Shown here one piece after another: positions 37,379-48,577 of a DNA stretch of 64,000 nt. The translations under genes and the position numbers were made by a program. The notes below the pieces were generated by a model. That model made no database searches. It was not told the DNA's origin and saw only the letters and a list, made by a program, of their open reading frames with translations. The stretch's first letter is position 1. Each line of letters begins with the position of its first letter. The stretch spans positions 131,775-195,774 of the forward strand of contig JBBDUV010000006.1 in the NCBI GenBank assembly GCA_040903745.1, read 5' to 3'. This DNA comes from Bacteroidales bacterium. GTDB taxonomy: Bacteria; Bacteroidota; Bacteroidia; Bacteroidales; GCA-2748055.

Positions 37379-38878
37379 ATGAAAAAAGTATTTATTTTCC
37401 TCCTGTTAATCGTTCAGATTCAGATTTCTGCAGAGACAGATAAGTATAGGCTTACTTTGCGAGATAATCCATCCAATTCTATTGTTATCGGGTGGAACCA
37501 GGTTTCCGGAGACAATCCGGTTGTATTTTATGATAGCATTGATCACGGTATGGTGCCTGAAGACTATGCGTGGCAAGCCTTCCCGGACAGGGAAGTACAG
37601 TATGCGGAGATGGACAACAAATTTGTCAGATTAACCGATCTTACTCCAAATACTGCTTATTATTTTTTGATCAAGGATAGTGAGGGTATGAGTGAGCGGT
37701 TTTGGTTCAAGACTGCTCCTTACGGGCCGAACGCAAGGTATTCTTTGATTGCCGGGGGTGACTCACGTAACAATCCTGTTCCAAGAAGAAATGCAAATTT
37801 GCTTGTAAGTAAATTAAAGCCACATGCCATCCTTTTTGGCGGTGACATGACATCATCAGGTACACCGGAGCAATGGCAGGAGTGGATGGATGACTGGCAA
37901 CTTACCATCAGTGAAGACGGGAGGATGTATCCTGTTATAGCGACAAGGGGCAACCATGAAAAGAACAACGGGATGGTCTATAATTTGTTCGACGTACCCT
38001 CAGAGAATATTTATTATGCGATCACAATCGGAGATGATCTTATCCGTGCGTATACACTGAATACAGAAATATCTATTGCTGGTGAGCAATCGGGATGGCT
38101 GAAAAATGATCTGGATGCACACGGTATGGTCCGGTGGAAAATGGCACAGTACCATAAACCGATGCGTCCTCATGTATCAACAAAGCGGGAGGGCAATGCA
38201 CAGTATGCAGAATGGGCACAACTGTTTTATGACAAACAGGTCAGGCTTGTTGTTGAATGTGATGCGCATACTGTAAAGACCACCTGGCCGTTGAAACCCA
38301 CAACAGGGGCGGGCAACGATGAGGGATTTGTTCGTGCTCAATTCGGTGGTACAATCTATGTTGGTGAAGGATGTTGGGGTGCGCCGCTGCGAGAAGATGA
38401 TGATGCGAAGAGTTGGACAAGGGATCACGGCATGTTCAACCAGTTCAAATGGATATTTGTTGATAAAGACACCATCGAAGTGAGGACCATCAAAGTGGAA
38501 AATGCTTCCGAAGTAGCATCTGTGCCCAATGAAGATCCATTTATTATCCCGGAAAACATTGAAATCTGGAAACCCAGAAACGGCGATGTTGTGACTCTGT
38601 CTCATTATGTAGATGAAACCACCACCGGTAAGCACAAGAATGTACAATGGGAGATCTATCCTAATCCTGCCGACGACTATATTTATATTAAAGGTCAGGA
38701 AACCGGAACTTTTCCTGTACGAGTCAGGATATTGAATGCTTCAGGAAAGTTAGTTTTTGAACAGAAAATTGATGCATCAGACAACAAAGTAAGTATCAGG
38801 GGGCTGATTCCTGCAGTATACATCATAGAAATTACAGCACAGGGAAAATCTGACCGCCTGAAAATAGTCAAGCAATAA
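37379..38878 (+). CDS. Secreted metallophosphoesterase (purple-acid-phosphatase-like) with T9SS C-terminal sorting domain
   Basis: Signal peptide and an FN3-like N-domain (TPNTAYYF). Calcineurin-like motifs are present: GGDSRNN, GGDMT, RGNHE, CDAHT. The C-terminus WEIYPNPADDYIYI...IIEITAQGKSDRLKIVKQ is typical of a T9SS CTD. Confidence 0.8.
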   Translation: MKKVFIFLLLIVQIQISAETDKYRLTLRDNPSNSIVIGWNQVSGDNPVVFYDSIDHGMVPEDYAWQAFPDREVQYAEMDNKFVRLTDLTPNTAYYFLIKDSEGMSERFWFKTAPYGPNARYSLIAGGDSRNNPVPRRNANLLVSKLKPHAILFGGDMTSSGTPEQWQEWMDDWQLTISEDGRMYPVIATRGNHEKNNGMVYNLFDVPSENIYYAITIGDDLIRAYTLNTEISIAGEQSGWLKNDLDAHGMVRWKMAQYHKPMRPHVSTKREGNAQYAEWAQLFYDKQVRLVVECDAHTVKTTWPLKPTTGAGNDEGFVRAQFGGTIYVGEGCWGAPLREDDDAKSWTRDHGMFNQFKWIFVDKDTIEVRTIKVENASEVASVPNEDPFIIPENIEIWKPRNGDVVTLSHYVDETTTGKHKNVQWEIYPNPADDYIYIKGQETGTFPVRVRILNASGKLVFEQKIDASDNKVSIRGLIPAVYIIEITAQGKSDRLKIVKQ

Positions 38879-39070
38879 AGACAACAAAAATTACATTCAC
38901 GAAACTGTCTGTCATAATATATCAGTGGTTTACATTGTAATTCAATGCATTAAATTTGAGTAAAAAAAGTTCGGAAAACAGGAAAATGGTGTTTAATTGG
39001 TATTCATCCAGGAAGGATTGTACATTAGTCGGCTCATAGCCTGCTCACGGTACTGTTCGGGTCCAATTTC

Positions 39071-39721
39071 TCAGCCAAAGATCATAATCCCTTTCAGTAT
39101 TAAAAAAGTAAGTACGGATACATGTGTATAATCTCCTAAAATGATGATGATATTCATCTTTCTTTGCGGGAACCGGATGGATGCCAGAAACAGCAACAGC
39201 CAGTCATTGGGCAGAGGAATGAAGCTTATATAGAGATAGGAAAACAGGGGGATGAATTTTTCGAGTTTATGGTGGGTAAAGTAGTGGGCCATATTACTGA
39301 TCGCCCGATCCGCCTTTCCGGAGATCATTTCCCTGCCCTTGCTTCCAAAATAGAAGAGAAATATATCTCCCAGTGCCAGGCTTGTACCGGTGATCAGGGT
39401 CAGCAACCAGGGGTTGAGTCCGCCGCTAATAAAGGCGATCAGCAAGCTATAGAAGGAGACAGCGGTAAAGGCTGAAAAACCTGCGAAGAACGATACGATA
39501 AAGGCCAGGATGTATCCGTTGTTGATTCCAATGGTATTCAGGATCTCTTCTGGACTGGTAAAGAGCCAGATAGCTGTGAAAATGATGAAAAATGAGGCAA
39601 GAAGAAGAAAGAGGATTACTTTCCTTCTCTTTTTCTTTTTGGCAGGAGTTTCAATTTCTTTTTCGGGATTAGTTGTGTTCAAAATTACATTTTTTTTGTT
39701 AATGCCCTCTGATTTAAGCAT
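39071..39721 (-). CDS. Small polytopic membrane protein, VTT/DedA-like
   Basis: 216 aa with about 5 TM helices. The region TGTSLALGDIFLFYFGSKGREMIS resembles the VTT (SNARE-associated) core. The family assignment is tentative. Confidence 0.45.
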   Translation of the reverse strand: MLKSEGINKKNVILNTTNPEKEIETPAKKKKRRKVILFLLLASFFIIFTAIWLFTSPEEILNTIGINNGYILAFIVSFFAGFSAFTAVSFYSLLIAFISGGLNPWLLTLITGTSLALGDIFLFYFGSKGREMISGKADRAISNMAHYFTHHKLEKFIPLFSYLYISFIPLPNDWLLLFLASIRFPQRKMNIIIILGDYTHVSVLTFLILKGIMIFG

Positions 39722-39826
39722 TATTCTTGTTTACTGTCTGGTTCAAGATTCTCAGTTAGTAATAACGTTGTCAGTTACAGTGAAAGAGTAAAATAACTAT
39801 ATTCGTGATAATTTTCAAATCAGGGT

Positions 39827-40930
39827 ATGCGAATTTTTTTTATTGTGATGATGATATTTCCGGTGTTCATCTCCCCGGTTTTCTCTTTTTCATATAAGAA
39901 AGACAGCACAATAGCAAAGCTACCATTAAATATTTCAGCATGGTACCACCACGGGTATCTTGCTCCTCACCATCGTTCTATGGCATTTCATACCACTGAG
40001 AATATCAATGGATTCGAAATTATAACATCCGGTTTTTTTTCTCACCTGAAAACAAAGAGACCGACGCTTTTTGGGGCAGGTTACTATTATTCAAACCTGG
40101 GGAATCGAGATGTTTATGGCAACGTACATGCTGTTTATGCAGCGCTTACAGCAGATGTCTTCCAAAGCAATTTGCCTTTTTATTTTAAACAGTCCTTTGC
40201 TTTTGGAGTGAGCTATAATACAATGCATTTTGACACAGACGAGAACTATTTTAATCGTGCTGTGGGTTCTCATCTCAACGCTTTTGTTTCCTTATCATTC
40301 AACCTGGTGGCCGAATTAGGTGATAATATTGAAGTTACTGCCGGACCGAGTGTGGTGCATACTTCAAATGGGAATGTAAAACAGCCTAATTTCGGGTTGA
40401 ATTTAATAAATACACGGGTAGGTTTTGCCTATAAATTTCATCCTGGCAATACGGAAACGGAGCACGTCCCCGTCGAAAGCAAAGGTATGACTGGTAACCG
40501 TTATCAGTTTATATTTTCGGGAGGAATCAGACAATTATCTCATAAAATTCCGAAAAATTTCTTCATTGGCTCTGTTATGGCAGATTATTCAAGAAGGGTT
40601 TCATCTTACCAGGCTTACGGTGGGGGTATTGACTGGATTTTTGATCCAACTGAAGGACGGGAGACTTATGTTACTGAAAAACGGGTTGAAAATATTGTGC
40701 CGTGGCATGTGGGGGTTCATCTGACATGGGAAAGAATATGGAATAGATTTTCCCTTGCGCTTCAGCCCGGCTATAAGGTTATTACACTCTCAAAACATAA
40801 CTTTATGCAATATAACCGTGCGGTTATACGGTACCGTATTGACGGCCATTTTTTGCTGAATATTGCTATCAAAGCGCATGGGTTTAGGGCTGATTTTATT
40901 GAATTTGGGATCGGATATGAGTTATGGTGA
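39827..40930 (+). CDS. Acyloxyacyl hydrolase / lipid A deacylase (PagL-like) outer-membrane protein
   Basis: 367 aa with a signal peptide and beta-barrel character. The VVHTSNGNVKQPNFGLN motif matches the PagL-type HxSNG catalytic His/Ser segment. Confidence 0.65.
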   Translation: MRIFFIVMMIFPVFISPVFSFSYKKDSTIAKLPLNISAWYHHGYLAPHHRSMAFHTTENINGFEIITSGFFSHLKTKRPTLFGAGYYYSNLGNRDVYGNVHAVYAALTADVFQSNLPFYFKQSFAFGVSYNTMHFDTDENYFNRAVGSHLNAFVSLSFNLVAELGDNIEVTAGPSVVHTSNGNVKQPNFGLNLINTRVGFAYKFHPGNTETEHVPVESKGMTGNRYQFIFSGGIRQLSHKIPKNFFIGSVMADYSRRVSSYQAYGGGIDWIFDPTEGRETYVTEKRVENIVPWHVGVHLTWERIWNRFSLALQPGYKVITLSKHNFMQYNRAVIRYRIDGHFLLNIAIKAHGFRADFIEFGIGYELW

Positions 40931-41004
40931 TGTATCAAGAAGGAGGGGAGAAGATATAATACCAGGAATTTAAGGAGCAACTTGTATTTTTTATTGTGGT
41001 TTTT

Positions 41005-41739
41005 ATGTTGTTTGGAAAGGGATACATAGTAGTTTTTATTATAACCTTTATTCTTACCGGATGTGAGAAGGTCATTTTTTCCGGAGAAGGCGAAGTTGTT
41101 ATTTTGCAAGAGGAATTTGATTCATTTAGCAAGATTTCATTCTATGATATTTTTGCAGTTGAATTGCGATCTGACAGTATATTTTCAGTGGAAATAGAGA
41201 CAAGGGAGAGGTATCTGGACCAAATTTCTTTTTCTGTCGATTCTGGAAACCTGGTGCTTCACGATCATAACAAGGTGAAATGGCTTCCGGACTATTCCTG
41301 GCCAGTGGTTAGGATAAGCTTTCCTGAACTAACGGATCAAATCCTCCTGGAATCACCTGTTATAATGACAACAAGGGATACGCTTCATGCTCCTTCACTG
41401 AATATACTTTCTCTTGGAAAAACAGGTGATCTGAATTTGGCTATTGATACTGACAAGTTTCAGTTTACCACAGGTTCCGATAATTCAGGTTATTATAGGT
41501 TTAGCGGAAGAACAACGTATTCAAAGATGTGGCCACGTGGCAGCAGCATTATTGATGCATCCGGTTTAGAAGCCAGCCACTGTTATATATACAACAATTC
41601 CATTGGTGATTGTACGGTCCGCGTCAATATCAAGCTTGAAGCCAGATTGAATACCATGGGGAATGTCTATTACTATGGTAATCCGCAAGAAGTATTTTTG
41701 ATAGAAGAGAGTGGAAGTGGACGGCTGATTTCCAAGTAG
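41005..41739 (+). CDS. DUF2807 / head-GIN-domain-like lipoprotein
   Basis: Lipobox ITFILTGC. The repetitive beta-helix-like pattern (SFSVDSGNLVLHD...GKTGDLNLAID...) is typical of putative adhesin head GIN domains. An alternative GTG start lies at 40996. Confidence 0.55.
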   Translation: MLFGKGYIVVFIITFILTGCEKVIFSGEGEVVILQEEFDSFSKISFYDIFAVELRSDSIFSVEIETRERYLDQISFSVDSGNLVLHDHNKVKWLPDYSWPVVRISFPELTDQILLESPVIMTTRDTLHAPSLNILSLGKTGDLNLAIDTDKFQFTTGSDNSGYYRFSGRTTYSKMWPRGSSIIDASGLEASHCYIYNNSIGDCTVRVNIKLEARLNTMGNVYYYGNPQEVFLIEESGSGRLISK

Positions 41740-41965
41740 ACGCTAAAAGATGGTTTGATTCAATAAATTGCAGGATTGGAATCCGGGCCATGATAAGCAG
41801 ACGAAAAGAATGAAATCACCCGTCTTCACATAGATTGTGAAGCGGGTGAATATCATAAGTGCGAAAAAACCGGGATTCCACTGGATGAATTCATTCAGCC
41901 CTTCGCTGATGCAAATTATGAGATGCAGGGAGTGGACGGGCTATAATTGATTTTATATAAAGCAG

Positions 41966-43426
41966 CTATCGGCTTGAGTTCTCTTTATTTAACTTTTCTA
42001 ATTCCGTGATCATTTTTCTGGCTATCTTTTGATTCTCTACAAAAAGGTTTTTGCTTTCAGCCATGTCTTCTGCCAGATTATACAATTCATATTCAAGCTT
42101 TTTTCCTTTTCTGTTTTCGGGTAGTGATTCGGGATATTTATTATCGATCAATTTCCAGTCACCCATTCTTATCGCCTGGCGGCCAACTGCATCTATTGTG
42201 ATCAGAGAAGTTCTGAGATTACGATTTTCTTGTTTCACCAGAGAAGAATAGAAACTATAACTATCCGAAGCCACCGCTTTATCTGCAGGTAATCCGCCTC
42301 CTATAATGTCAGCAACTGTAGCGAATATATCCATCGTGGAAACGACATCATCAGAAATGGCACCTTCTTTTACTTTGCCCGGCCATGACACGATTAATGG
42401 TATCCTGGTGCCGCCTTCCCAGATGGTATGTTTATCACCCCGAAAATCACCATTTATTTTTAATCCCATTTCCACAGCCTGGATTTCAGGAGAAGTAGGT
42501 TTGTTCCCGGGTATTTCGCCTCCATTATCGCTTGTAAAGATGACCAGTGAATTTTCGAGCATGCCTTTATACTCCAAAGTCTGTAGTATCCTTCCTACAC
42601 TCCAGTCCAAGTCCTGAATAAAATCTCCATAGGGGCCGGAATCACTCATGCCTCTCATATAGTTAGACGGGGTAATGGGATGGTGAACGGCCACAGGTGC
42701 AAAATATAGAAATACAGGGGTCTTTCTGCTCTGCTTGGATAGCCACTCAATAGTCTTGTCAGTAAGATCCTCCATTGTTTCAATGTTCTTACGTTGTGGG
42801 GCATCAAAACCATAGTACTGGGGCCCATAAAAAGCGCGAGAATAGGGATTGATTTTGTCACTTCGAATTCCATAGATATGGTCATTCTCGATAAATACAC
42901 CCATTTTATCTCCATGGTTTTGGGGCACACCAAAATGATAGTCGAAACCTAAATCGAGGGGTCCGGGTTTCAATGTGCCGGTATATTCCTCCAGTGTTCC
43001 AGTTTTGCCATATCCAAGATGCCATTTCCCGATACAGGCAGTATTATATCCCCGGTCTTTGAACCAATCTGCAATGGTCATTTTCTCCGGATCGGGTAAC
43101 AGGGGGCTCTCCACTCCCCAAACTCCATGTTTTAGTTTAGAACGCCAGGAATATTCGCCCATTAACAGACTATACCTGGTAGGAGTACAAACAGAAGCAG
43201 TTGCATAGGCATTTGTAAATTTCATTCCTTTATCAGCAATCTGGTCAATATACGGGGTGCGGAGAATGTCATGATCCGCCCCGTAACAATTCAGGCTGCC
43301 AAAGCCGAAGTCGTCTGCCAGGATCAGTATAATATTAGGAGGGGTGTTCGTTTCCTGGGCATTAATCGTTTTGTTGCTACAGCAAAAGGCAGCAAAAAGA
43401 GTCAGTGTAAATGTTAAGTGTCTCAT
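41966..43426 (-). CDS. Arylsulfatase (formylglycine-dependent sulfatase family)
   Basis: 486 aa with a signal peptide, PNIILILADDFGFG, the sulfatase signature CTPTRYSLLMG and GKWHLG. Confidence 0.9.
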   Translation of the reverse strand: MRHLTFTLTLFAAFCCSNKTINAQETNTPPNIILILADDFGFGSLNCYGADHDILRTPYIDQIADKGMKFTNAYATASVCTPTRYSLLMGEYSWRSKLKHGVWGVESPLLPDPEKMTIADWFKDRGYNTACIGKWHLGYGKTGTLEEYTGTLKPGPLDLGFDYHFGVPQNHGDKMGVFIENDHIYGIRSDKINPYSRAFYGPQYYGFDAPQRKNIETMEDLTDKTIEWLSKQSRKTPVFLYFAPVAVHHPITPSNYMRGMSDSGPYGDFIQDLDWSVGRILQTLEYKGMLENSLVIFTSDNGGEIPGNKPTSPEIQAVEMGLKINGDFRGDKHTIWEGGTRIPLIVSWPGKVKEGAISDDVVSTMDIFATVADIIGGGLPADKAVASDSYSFYSSLVKQENRNLRTSLITIDAVGRQAIRMGDWKLIDNKYPESLPENRKGKKLEYELYNLAEDMAESKNLFVENQKIARKMITELEKLNKENSSR

Positions 43427-43618
43427 AGTATTATAATTAGTGTTAATTAATTAAATATGTAGCTTGTTGGGGTTTTATATATGTCACCAAAGATGCAATA
43501 CAACAAATATAACATGATTTTCGGTAAGCATCTCAAAAACTCCCTTATAATCATTGTCTGGAGTTTGGGTGAATTTTTCAAAGAGATATTTAAGGAACAA
43601 AAAAAAGTCATACCTTTA

Positions 43619-44377
43619 ATGAAACCAATTCATCTGACTATGCTTCGTTTTCTGACGGTCCTTTTTTTTGCGGCGATGGTATTTATGAATTACCTGGCCA
43701 ATGCATTGCCTATCAACGGAAAAACCACCGGTGAGTTGTCAGATGCCTATCCCAACCTGTTTGTTCCGGCAGGCATCACCTTTTCAATATGGGGTATCAT
43801 TTACCTGCTGTTGGCAGGATATTGCGTTGTGCAGTTTTTGCCTGCTTACAGGGACATTGGTGCCAGGATTAATCTGTTGTTTATTATTTCCTGTGTATTC
43901 AATGCACTCTGGATTGTGGCCTGGCATTATCAAAAGCTTCCCTGGTCACTGGTGGCAATGACAGGGATACTGGTTTCCCTTATCCTGATTAACCTTCAGA
44001 TCAGGGACCTTCCTCCGGGACTGGTGAAAGCGGCATTTGGCATCTACCTGGGCTGGATTTGCATAGCAACCATTGCCAATGTGACAGCCTTGCTCGTGCA
44101 TGTCGGGTGGAACGGATTTTCTATTCAGCAGCACATCTGGACCATCATCATGATTGCCACAGGTACCATTATCGTTCTAATTACCATTATTCGAACCAAC
44201 AATCCTTATATCGGTCTGTCCGTGGTATGGGCCTTTGCAGGCATCATCATAAAACGTTCTGATGATTACAGAAGTATTGTGATTGCGGCCCTGGTCGGTA
44301 TCCTGATCGTGGGGGTTTTCACGCTGCTTGATTTCCTGGAATTACTGCCACCAGGAAGTCATCAACTCCGGACTTAG
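43619..44377 (+). CDS. Trp-rich multi-TM membrane protein, TspO/MBR-related
   Basis: About 250 aa with 7 or more TM helices and a Trp-rich composition (FSIWGIIYLLL, NALWIVAWHY, YLGWICIATIANV). The family assignment is tentative. The start is placed at MKPIHLTM; the ORF extends to 43481. Confidence 0.45.
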   Translation: MKPIHLTMLRFLTVLFFAAMVFMNYLANALPINGKTTGELSDAYPNLFVPAGITFSIWGIIYLLLAGYCVVQFLPAYRDIGARINLLFIISCVFNALWIVAWHYQKLPWSLVAMTGILVSLILINLQIRDLPPGLVKAAFGIYLGWICIATIANVTALLVHVGWNGFSIQQHIWTIIMIATGTIIVLITIIRTNNPYIGLSVVWAFAGIIIKRSDDYRSIVIAALVGILIVGVFTLLDFLELLPPGSHQLRT

Positions 44378-44474
44378 TCCCGGATGCCGAGGGAGGGACA
44401 AAAACATTTTTTATAAAATAATTGAAGGAATACATAAAAATCAAGGAGATGCTGGTTCAAGACCGCGGGAATAT

Positions 44475-45974
44475 TCATTCTATTACGACCTTGCTCGTCC
44501 ACATATAATCTCCTGATTTTATGCGAAGCACATAGATTCCTGAAGCAATTTCAGAGATATTTAATTCCTTTGTTCCTCCTGGAAGACTACGTTTCAATAG
44601 TTGCCTTCCATTTAAATCGTAAACACCTACCAGGGCATTCTGTTCTTTCGGTAATGCAATGGTTATATACTCAGTAGCAGGATTTGGATAAGTGATAATA
44701 CGATTTACTATCTTTTCATTTACCTTACCAGCTGCTTCGGAAATCCAAAATGATTTCAATGAGCCAAAAATGTAATTTTCACCATTATATATCGCAATAG
44801 TATCACCGTCAATGGTGACTTCTTGCACCAATGAACCACAGTAATAAACATTGCCGTATGGATCAAGGCTGACCTGTTGAAAACGAATGCTGTCAGAGGT
44901 CTGGTCCAGTATAATCTGGCCTTCGGGATCTATAATCAGAAATCCCTGTTGGGTTGTACTGCTATATGTTGAAATAAAGTAGCCAGTATTGTCAACTACA
45001 AAGGACCATAGATATCCATTAATAGCTTTGCTCCAGGAATAATTTCCGTATTCATCGAATCTGGCGATAACTGCACCTCCCTGTTCTCCTGTTGCCTCCT
45101 CATCGAAATCGACAGGGCTGAATATATTGGATACCCAATACACATTTGAATACTTATCTGTATATACTTTTTGTAAATGGGTATTACTTTTACCAGAAAA
45201 GATTGTTTCCCATACCAATAAAAGATCCTTATCCAGTTTTTTAATTTTCAGAGAATCATTTTTGTATCCCGATACATAAATATTGTCATGCTGATCAAAA
45301 TTGACAGATGTGTAATAATAGCCATTTATGTCTTCTTTTTCTTCCTCCCAGTTTGCAATCAAATTATTATCGAGCCTCAAGAGAAAATCGCTATAGCTTT
45401 GTAAAGAAGTGCCTTCAATAAATATTTTTCCGGTTGGACCGATAGCCAGGTCCCCAAAAAGCAGGCTTTCACCATTATCCAGCAGATCCTGGGCTTCAGT
45501 GCCCAATACCATCTTTAGGAGTTTACCCGTAGAATCTAATTTTGCAACAATATATTCATAAGGCCCCCCGTTATCCCAGGTTTGAACATCAAAGGTCAGC
45601 GTGTAATCAAAAGCCCCGGTAAAGTATATATTTGATTCATTGTCTATTTCAAGGTCGTTTATATGTTCTGCACCTATGCCTGAGAACAATTTCAGCCAGG
45701 CAGGAGTCCCATCCGGATAGATCTTTGAGATAAAGAAATCCAGGCTATCCGCAGGCACGATCCAGCTGTCCTTATCTCCAAAGTAAACGGTATCTCCAAA
45801 TTCCCCATAGATGTAAAGGTTCCCGTTGTAATCTACTTTGTGTTTCATTCCCCATAGTTCATTCCCCCATACCTGAATGGTTTTATTCATGTTCTGTCCG
45901 CTGGTCATAATACATGGAATGAAAAAGAGGATCATGACAATCATTCTATTTTGAATTCCCATTATGTTTTTCAT
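44475..45974 (-). CDS. Secreted beta-propeller-repeat protein with T9SS C-terminal sorting domain
   Basis: 499 aa with a signal peptide and repeated ~45-aa units (D..GNIY..G...). The C-terminus YPNPATEYITI...GIYVLRIKSGDYMWTSKVVIE is a T9SS CTD. Confidence 0.7.
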   Translation of the reverse strand: MKNIMGIQNRMIVMILFFIPCIMTSGQNMNKTIQVWGNELWGMKHKVDYNGNLYIYGEFGDTVYFGDKDSWIVPADSLDFFISKIYPDGTPAWLKLFSGIGAEHINDLEIDNESNIYFTGAFDYTLTFDVQTWDNGGPYEYIVAKLDSTGKLLKMVLGTEAQDLLDNGESLLFGDLAIGPTGKIFIEGTSLQSYSDFLLRLDNNLIANWEEEKEDINGYYYTSVNFDQHDNIYVSGYKNDSLKIKKLDKDLLLVWETIFSGKSNTHLQKVYTDKYSNVYWVSNIFSPVDFDEEATGEQGGAVIARFDEYGNYSWSKAINGYLWSFVVDNTGYFISTYSSTTQQGFLIIDPEGQIILDQTSDSIRFQQVSLDPYGNVYYCGSLVQEVTIDGDTIAIYNGENYIFGSLKSFWISEAAGKVNEKIVNRIITYPNPATEYITIALPKEQNALVGVYDLNGRQLLKRSLPGGTKELNISEIASGIYVLRIKSGDYMWTSKVVIE

Positions 45975-46212
45975 CTGTAATGAGTTTTAAAAAAAAATGA
46001 ATACACGGAGTTTTATATTAACTGAACCGAAGAGTCATTGAATGATCAATATGTATCACCCATTTGATAAATGCCAGGATTTGGAATAATTTTCAAGATA
46101 CAATTTCAATTATCCAATGTCAAGAACTTTTTGATAAACAGCATTACATGTCGATATTTTGATGTCAAAGCTCATTAACAGTTATAAATTGCTAACTGTT
46201 AATATTCATAAT

Positions 46213-46602
46213 ATGTCAAAGGAGGTTAAGGATTCACTAATACCTGATGAATCTATTCTAAGTAAAATATATATTATCCGGGAAAAGAAAGTAATGCTTG
46301 ATCGTGATCTGGCAGAACTGTATGGGGTTGAAACAAAAAATTTAAAAAGACAGGTCAGAAGAAATGAACTTCGTTTTCCGGAAGAACTTATGTTTGAGCT
46401 CAATGAGGAGGAATTCGAAAATTGGAGGCGCCAATTTGGCACCTCCAATGAAGATAGAATGGGATTAAGGTACAGGCCATTTGCATTCACTGAGGAGGGT
46501 GTTGCTCAGTTGTCTACGGTTGTTAATTTATTAAATCCGAGACACAAACAATTTGCGCAATCCCGGTTCAGACATTTGACGTTACACCAACTCTACAAAT
46601 AA
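46213..46602 (+). CDS. ORF6N-domain (KilA-N-related DNA-binding) protein, probably C-terminally truncated
   Basis: [45 protein letters not shown]...[18 protein letters not shown] is the ORF6N core. The tail diverges and overlaps the lysS 3' end by 21 nt. Confidence 0.6.
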   Translation: MSKEVKDSLIPDESILSKIYIIREKKVMLDRDLAELYGVETKNLKRQVRRNELRFPEELMFELNEEEFENWRRQFGTSNEDRMGLRYRPFAFTEEGVAQLSTVVNLLNPRHKQFAQSRFRHLTLHQLYK

Positions 46603-48294
46603 CCCCTCATCGGTCTTCTCCACCTTTGCCAGCTCTTTTGCGCGCAATCCCTTTATCGCGGTATCCCATTTCTTGTTGCTGAGCCCGGTATTTCCCTTCA
46701 GATCGTTCAGATCAGCGGGCGATTGCTCCTGAAGGAGCTTCATTACCAGCTTTTCCTCATCAGTGAGTTCAATGATCTTGGGTTTGGTTTCAGGTTTCAT
46801 TTGCGGGAAGAACAGTACATCCTGGATGCTGGTGTTGTTGGTCATGAGCATGGCCAGCCGGTCCATACCCATGCCCATGCCACTCGTTGGAGGCATGCCG
46901 TACTCCAGTGCCCGTACAAAGTCCATGTCGATGAACATCGCTTCGTCATCGCCTTTTTCTGAGAGCTTCAGCTGCTCTTTAAAACGTTCGTACTGGTCGA
47001 TGGGATCGTTCAGCTCCGAATAGGCATTGCAGATCTCCTTGCCGTTAATCATCAGCTCAAACCGCTCTGTAAGCTCCGGGTCGTCGCGGTGTTTCTTGCA
47101 CAACGGCGACATCTCAACAGGATAGTCGGTGATGAAGGTGGGCTGAGTAAAATGCATTTCGCATTTTTCACCAAAGATCTCGTCTATGATCTTCCCTTTA
47201 CCCATTGAATCATCCAGTTCAATATTGAGACAGGCCGCCTGTGCCCTTAAATCTGTCTCATCCAGCCCCGAAACATCCAAACCGGTATGTTCCTTAATGG
47301 CATCGGTCATTGTAATTCGCCTGAAGGGACGTTTTACATCAATCTCAGTATCTCCGACCTTCAGCTTTGTCGTTCCATGCAGGTCCAGCGCCACCTTTTC
47401 AATCATCTCCTCGGTAAAATCCATCATCCAGTGATAGTCCTTGTAAGCAACGTAGATCTCCATCACGGTAAACTCCGGATTGTGGGTACGGTCCATCCCC
47501 TCATTGCGAAAGTCTTTCGAGAATTCATAGACGCCATCGTAGCCTCCGACGATCAGCCTTTTCAGGTACAGCTCATTGGCAATACGCAGGTAGAGTGGCA
47601 TATCCAGCGCGTTGTGATGCGTTATGAACGGACGTGCTGCTGCTCCGCCCGGGATGGGTTGCAGTACCGGGGTCTCCACCTCGAGGTATCCCTTACTGTT
47701 AAACAGCTCCCGGAGTGAGTTATAAATCCGGGTTCTATTGCGGAACACATCCCGCACCTCCGGATTGATCACCAGGTCGACATACCGCTGCCGGTACCTG
47801 AATTCCGGATCGGTCACCGCGTCGTAAGTCTTCCCATCCTTTTCCTTCACAACAGGCAGTGGTCTGACAGACTTGCTAAGTATCGTGAGTTCCTCCACAT
47901 GCACGGAGATCTCACCCATCTGTGTCCTGAAAGCAAAACCTTTTATGCCGATAAAATCACCAATATCGAGCAGCCGTTTGAATACGGTGTTGTACATCGT
48001 TTTATCCTCGTCCGGACAGATATCATCCCTGCGGAGATAGATCTGTATGCGGCCCGACTCATCCTGCAACTCTGCAAAAGAGGCGCTTCCCATGATCCGC
48101 CGGCTCATGATCCTTCCTGCGAGGGTGATCCCTTTCAGTGAATTTTCCTCCCTGTCAAACCTTCTTTTTACCTCCTCTGCTTTATGCGATACCCCGAACA
48201 TCGCTGCCGGATAAGGATCGATACCCAGTTTACGTATCTCCTCAAGCGAGTGCCGTCGAATCTGTTCCTGTTCTGAAAGGTCTGTATGAGCCAT
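46582..48294 (-). CDS. lysS: Lysine--tRNA ligase (class II) with a ~70-aa C-terminal extension
   Basis: OB-fold N-domain plus class II motifs ([20 protein letters not shown]; [14 protein letters not shown]). The start is placed at [11 protein letters not shown]; the ORF extends to 48390. Confidence 0.95.
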   Translation of the reverse strand: MAHTDLSEQEQIRRHSLEEIRKLGIDPYPAAMFGVSHKAEEVKRRFDREENSLKGITLAGRIMSRRIMGSASFAELQDESGRIQIYLRRDDICPDEDKTMYNTVFKRLLDIGDFIGIKGFAFRTQMGEISVHVEELTILSKSVRPLPVVKEKDGKTYDAVTDPEFRYRQRYVDLVINPEVRDVFRNRTRIYNSLRELFNSKGYLEVETPVLQPIPGGAAARPFITHHNALDMPLYLRIANELYLKRLIVGGYDGVYEFSKDFRNEGMDRTHNPEFTVMEIYVAYKDYHWMMDFTEEMIEKVALDLHGTTKLKVGDTEIDVKRPFRRITMTDAIKEHTGLDVSGLDETDLRAQAACLNIELDDSMGKGKIIDEIFGEKCEMHFTQPTFITDYPVEMSPLCKKHRDDPELTERFELMINGKEICNAYSELNDPIDQYERFKEQLKLSEKGDDEAMFIDMDFVRALEYGMPPTSGMGMGMDRLAMLMTNNTSIQDVLFFPQMKPETKPKIIELTDEEKLVMKLLQEQSPADLNDLKGNTGLSNKKWDTAIKGLRAKELAKVEKTDEGLFVELV

Positions 48295-48577
48295 CTTTTT
48301 ACCTGTATTCAAATGATCTGGCAAAGATAAGTAAAAGAGACAATAGTTCAAGAGTGCCCGTAAGAACGATCCGGCATGGATGAATCTCAATGAATACAGG
48401 ATTGATTAAACTGTGCGCCTTGAAAAAACAGGGAAGCAGAGAATAAAATGCTTTAACAGTGCTAATAAAAATTTTCAGCAACCTGCTAAATTACATGCAC
48501 ATATTGCTGTGGGACCCACACTTCGGGTTTAGTTTCCAAAATATATCAAAGATTTGAGACATTGAAGATCAAGGATT

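Noticed and set aside
41740-41965. Possible gene fragment in the 226-nt spacer between the DUF2807 and sulfatase genes (reads ...DCEAGEYHKCEKTGIPLDEFIQPFADANYEMQGVDGL*)
   Set aside because: The ORF is too short, with no start codon context and no recognisable family. It cannot be supported from sequence alone.
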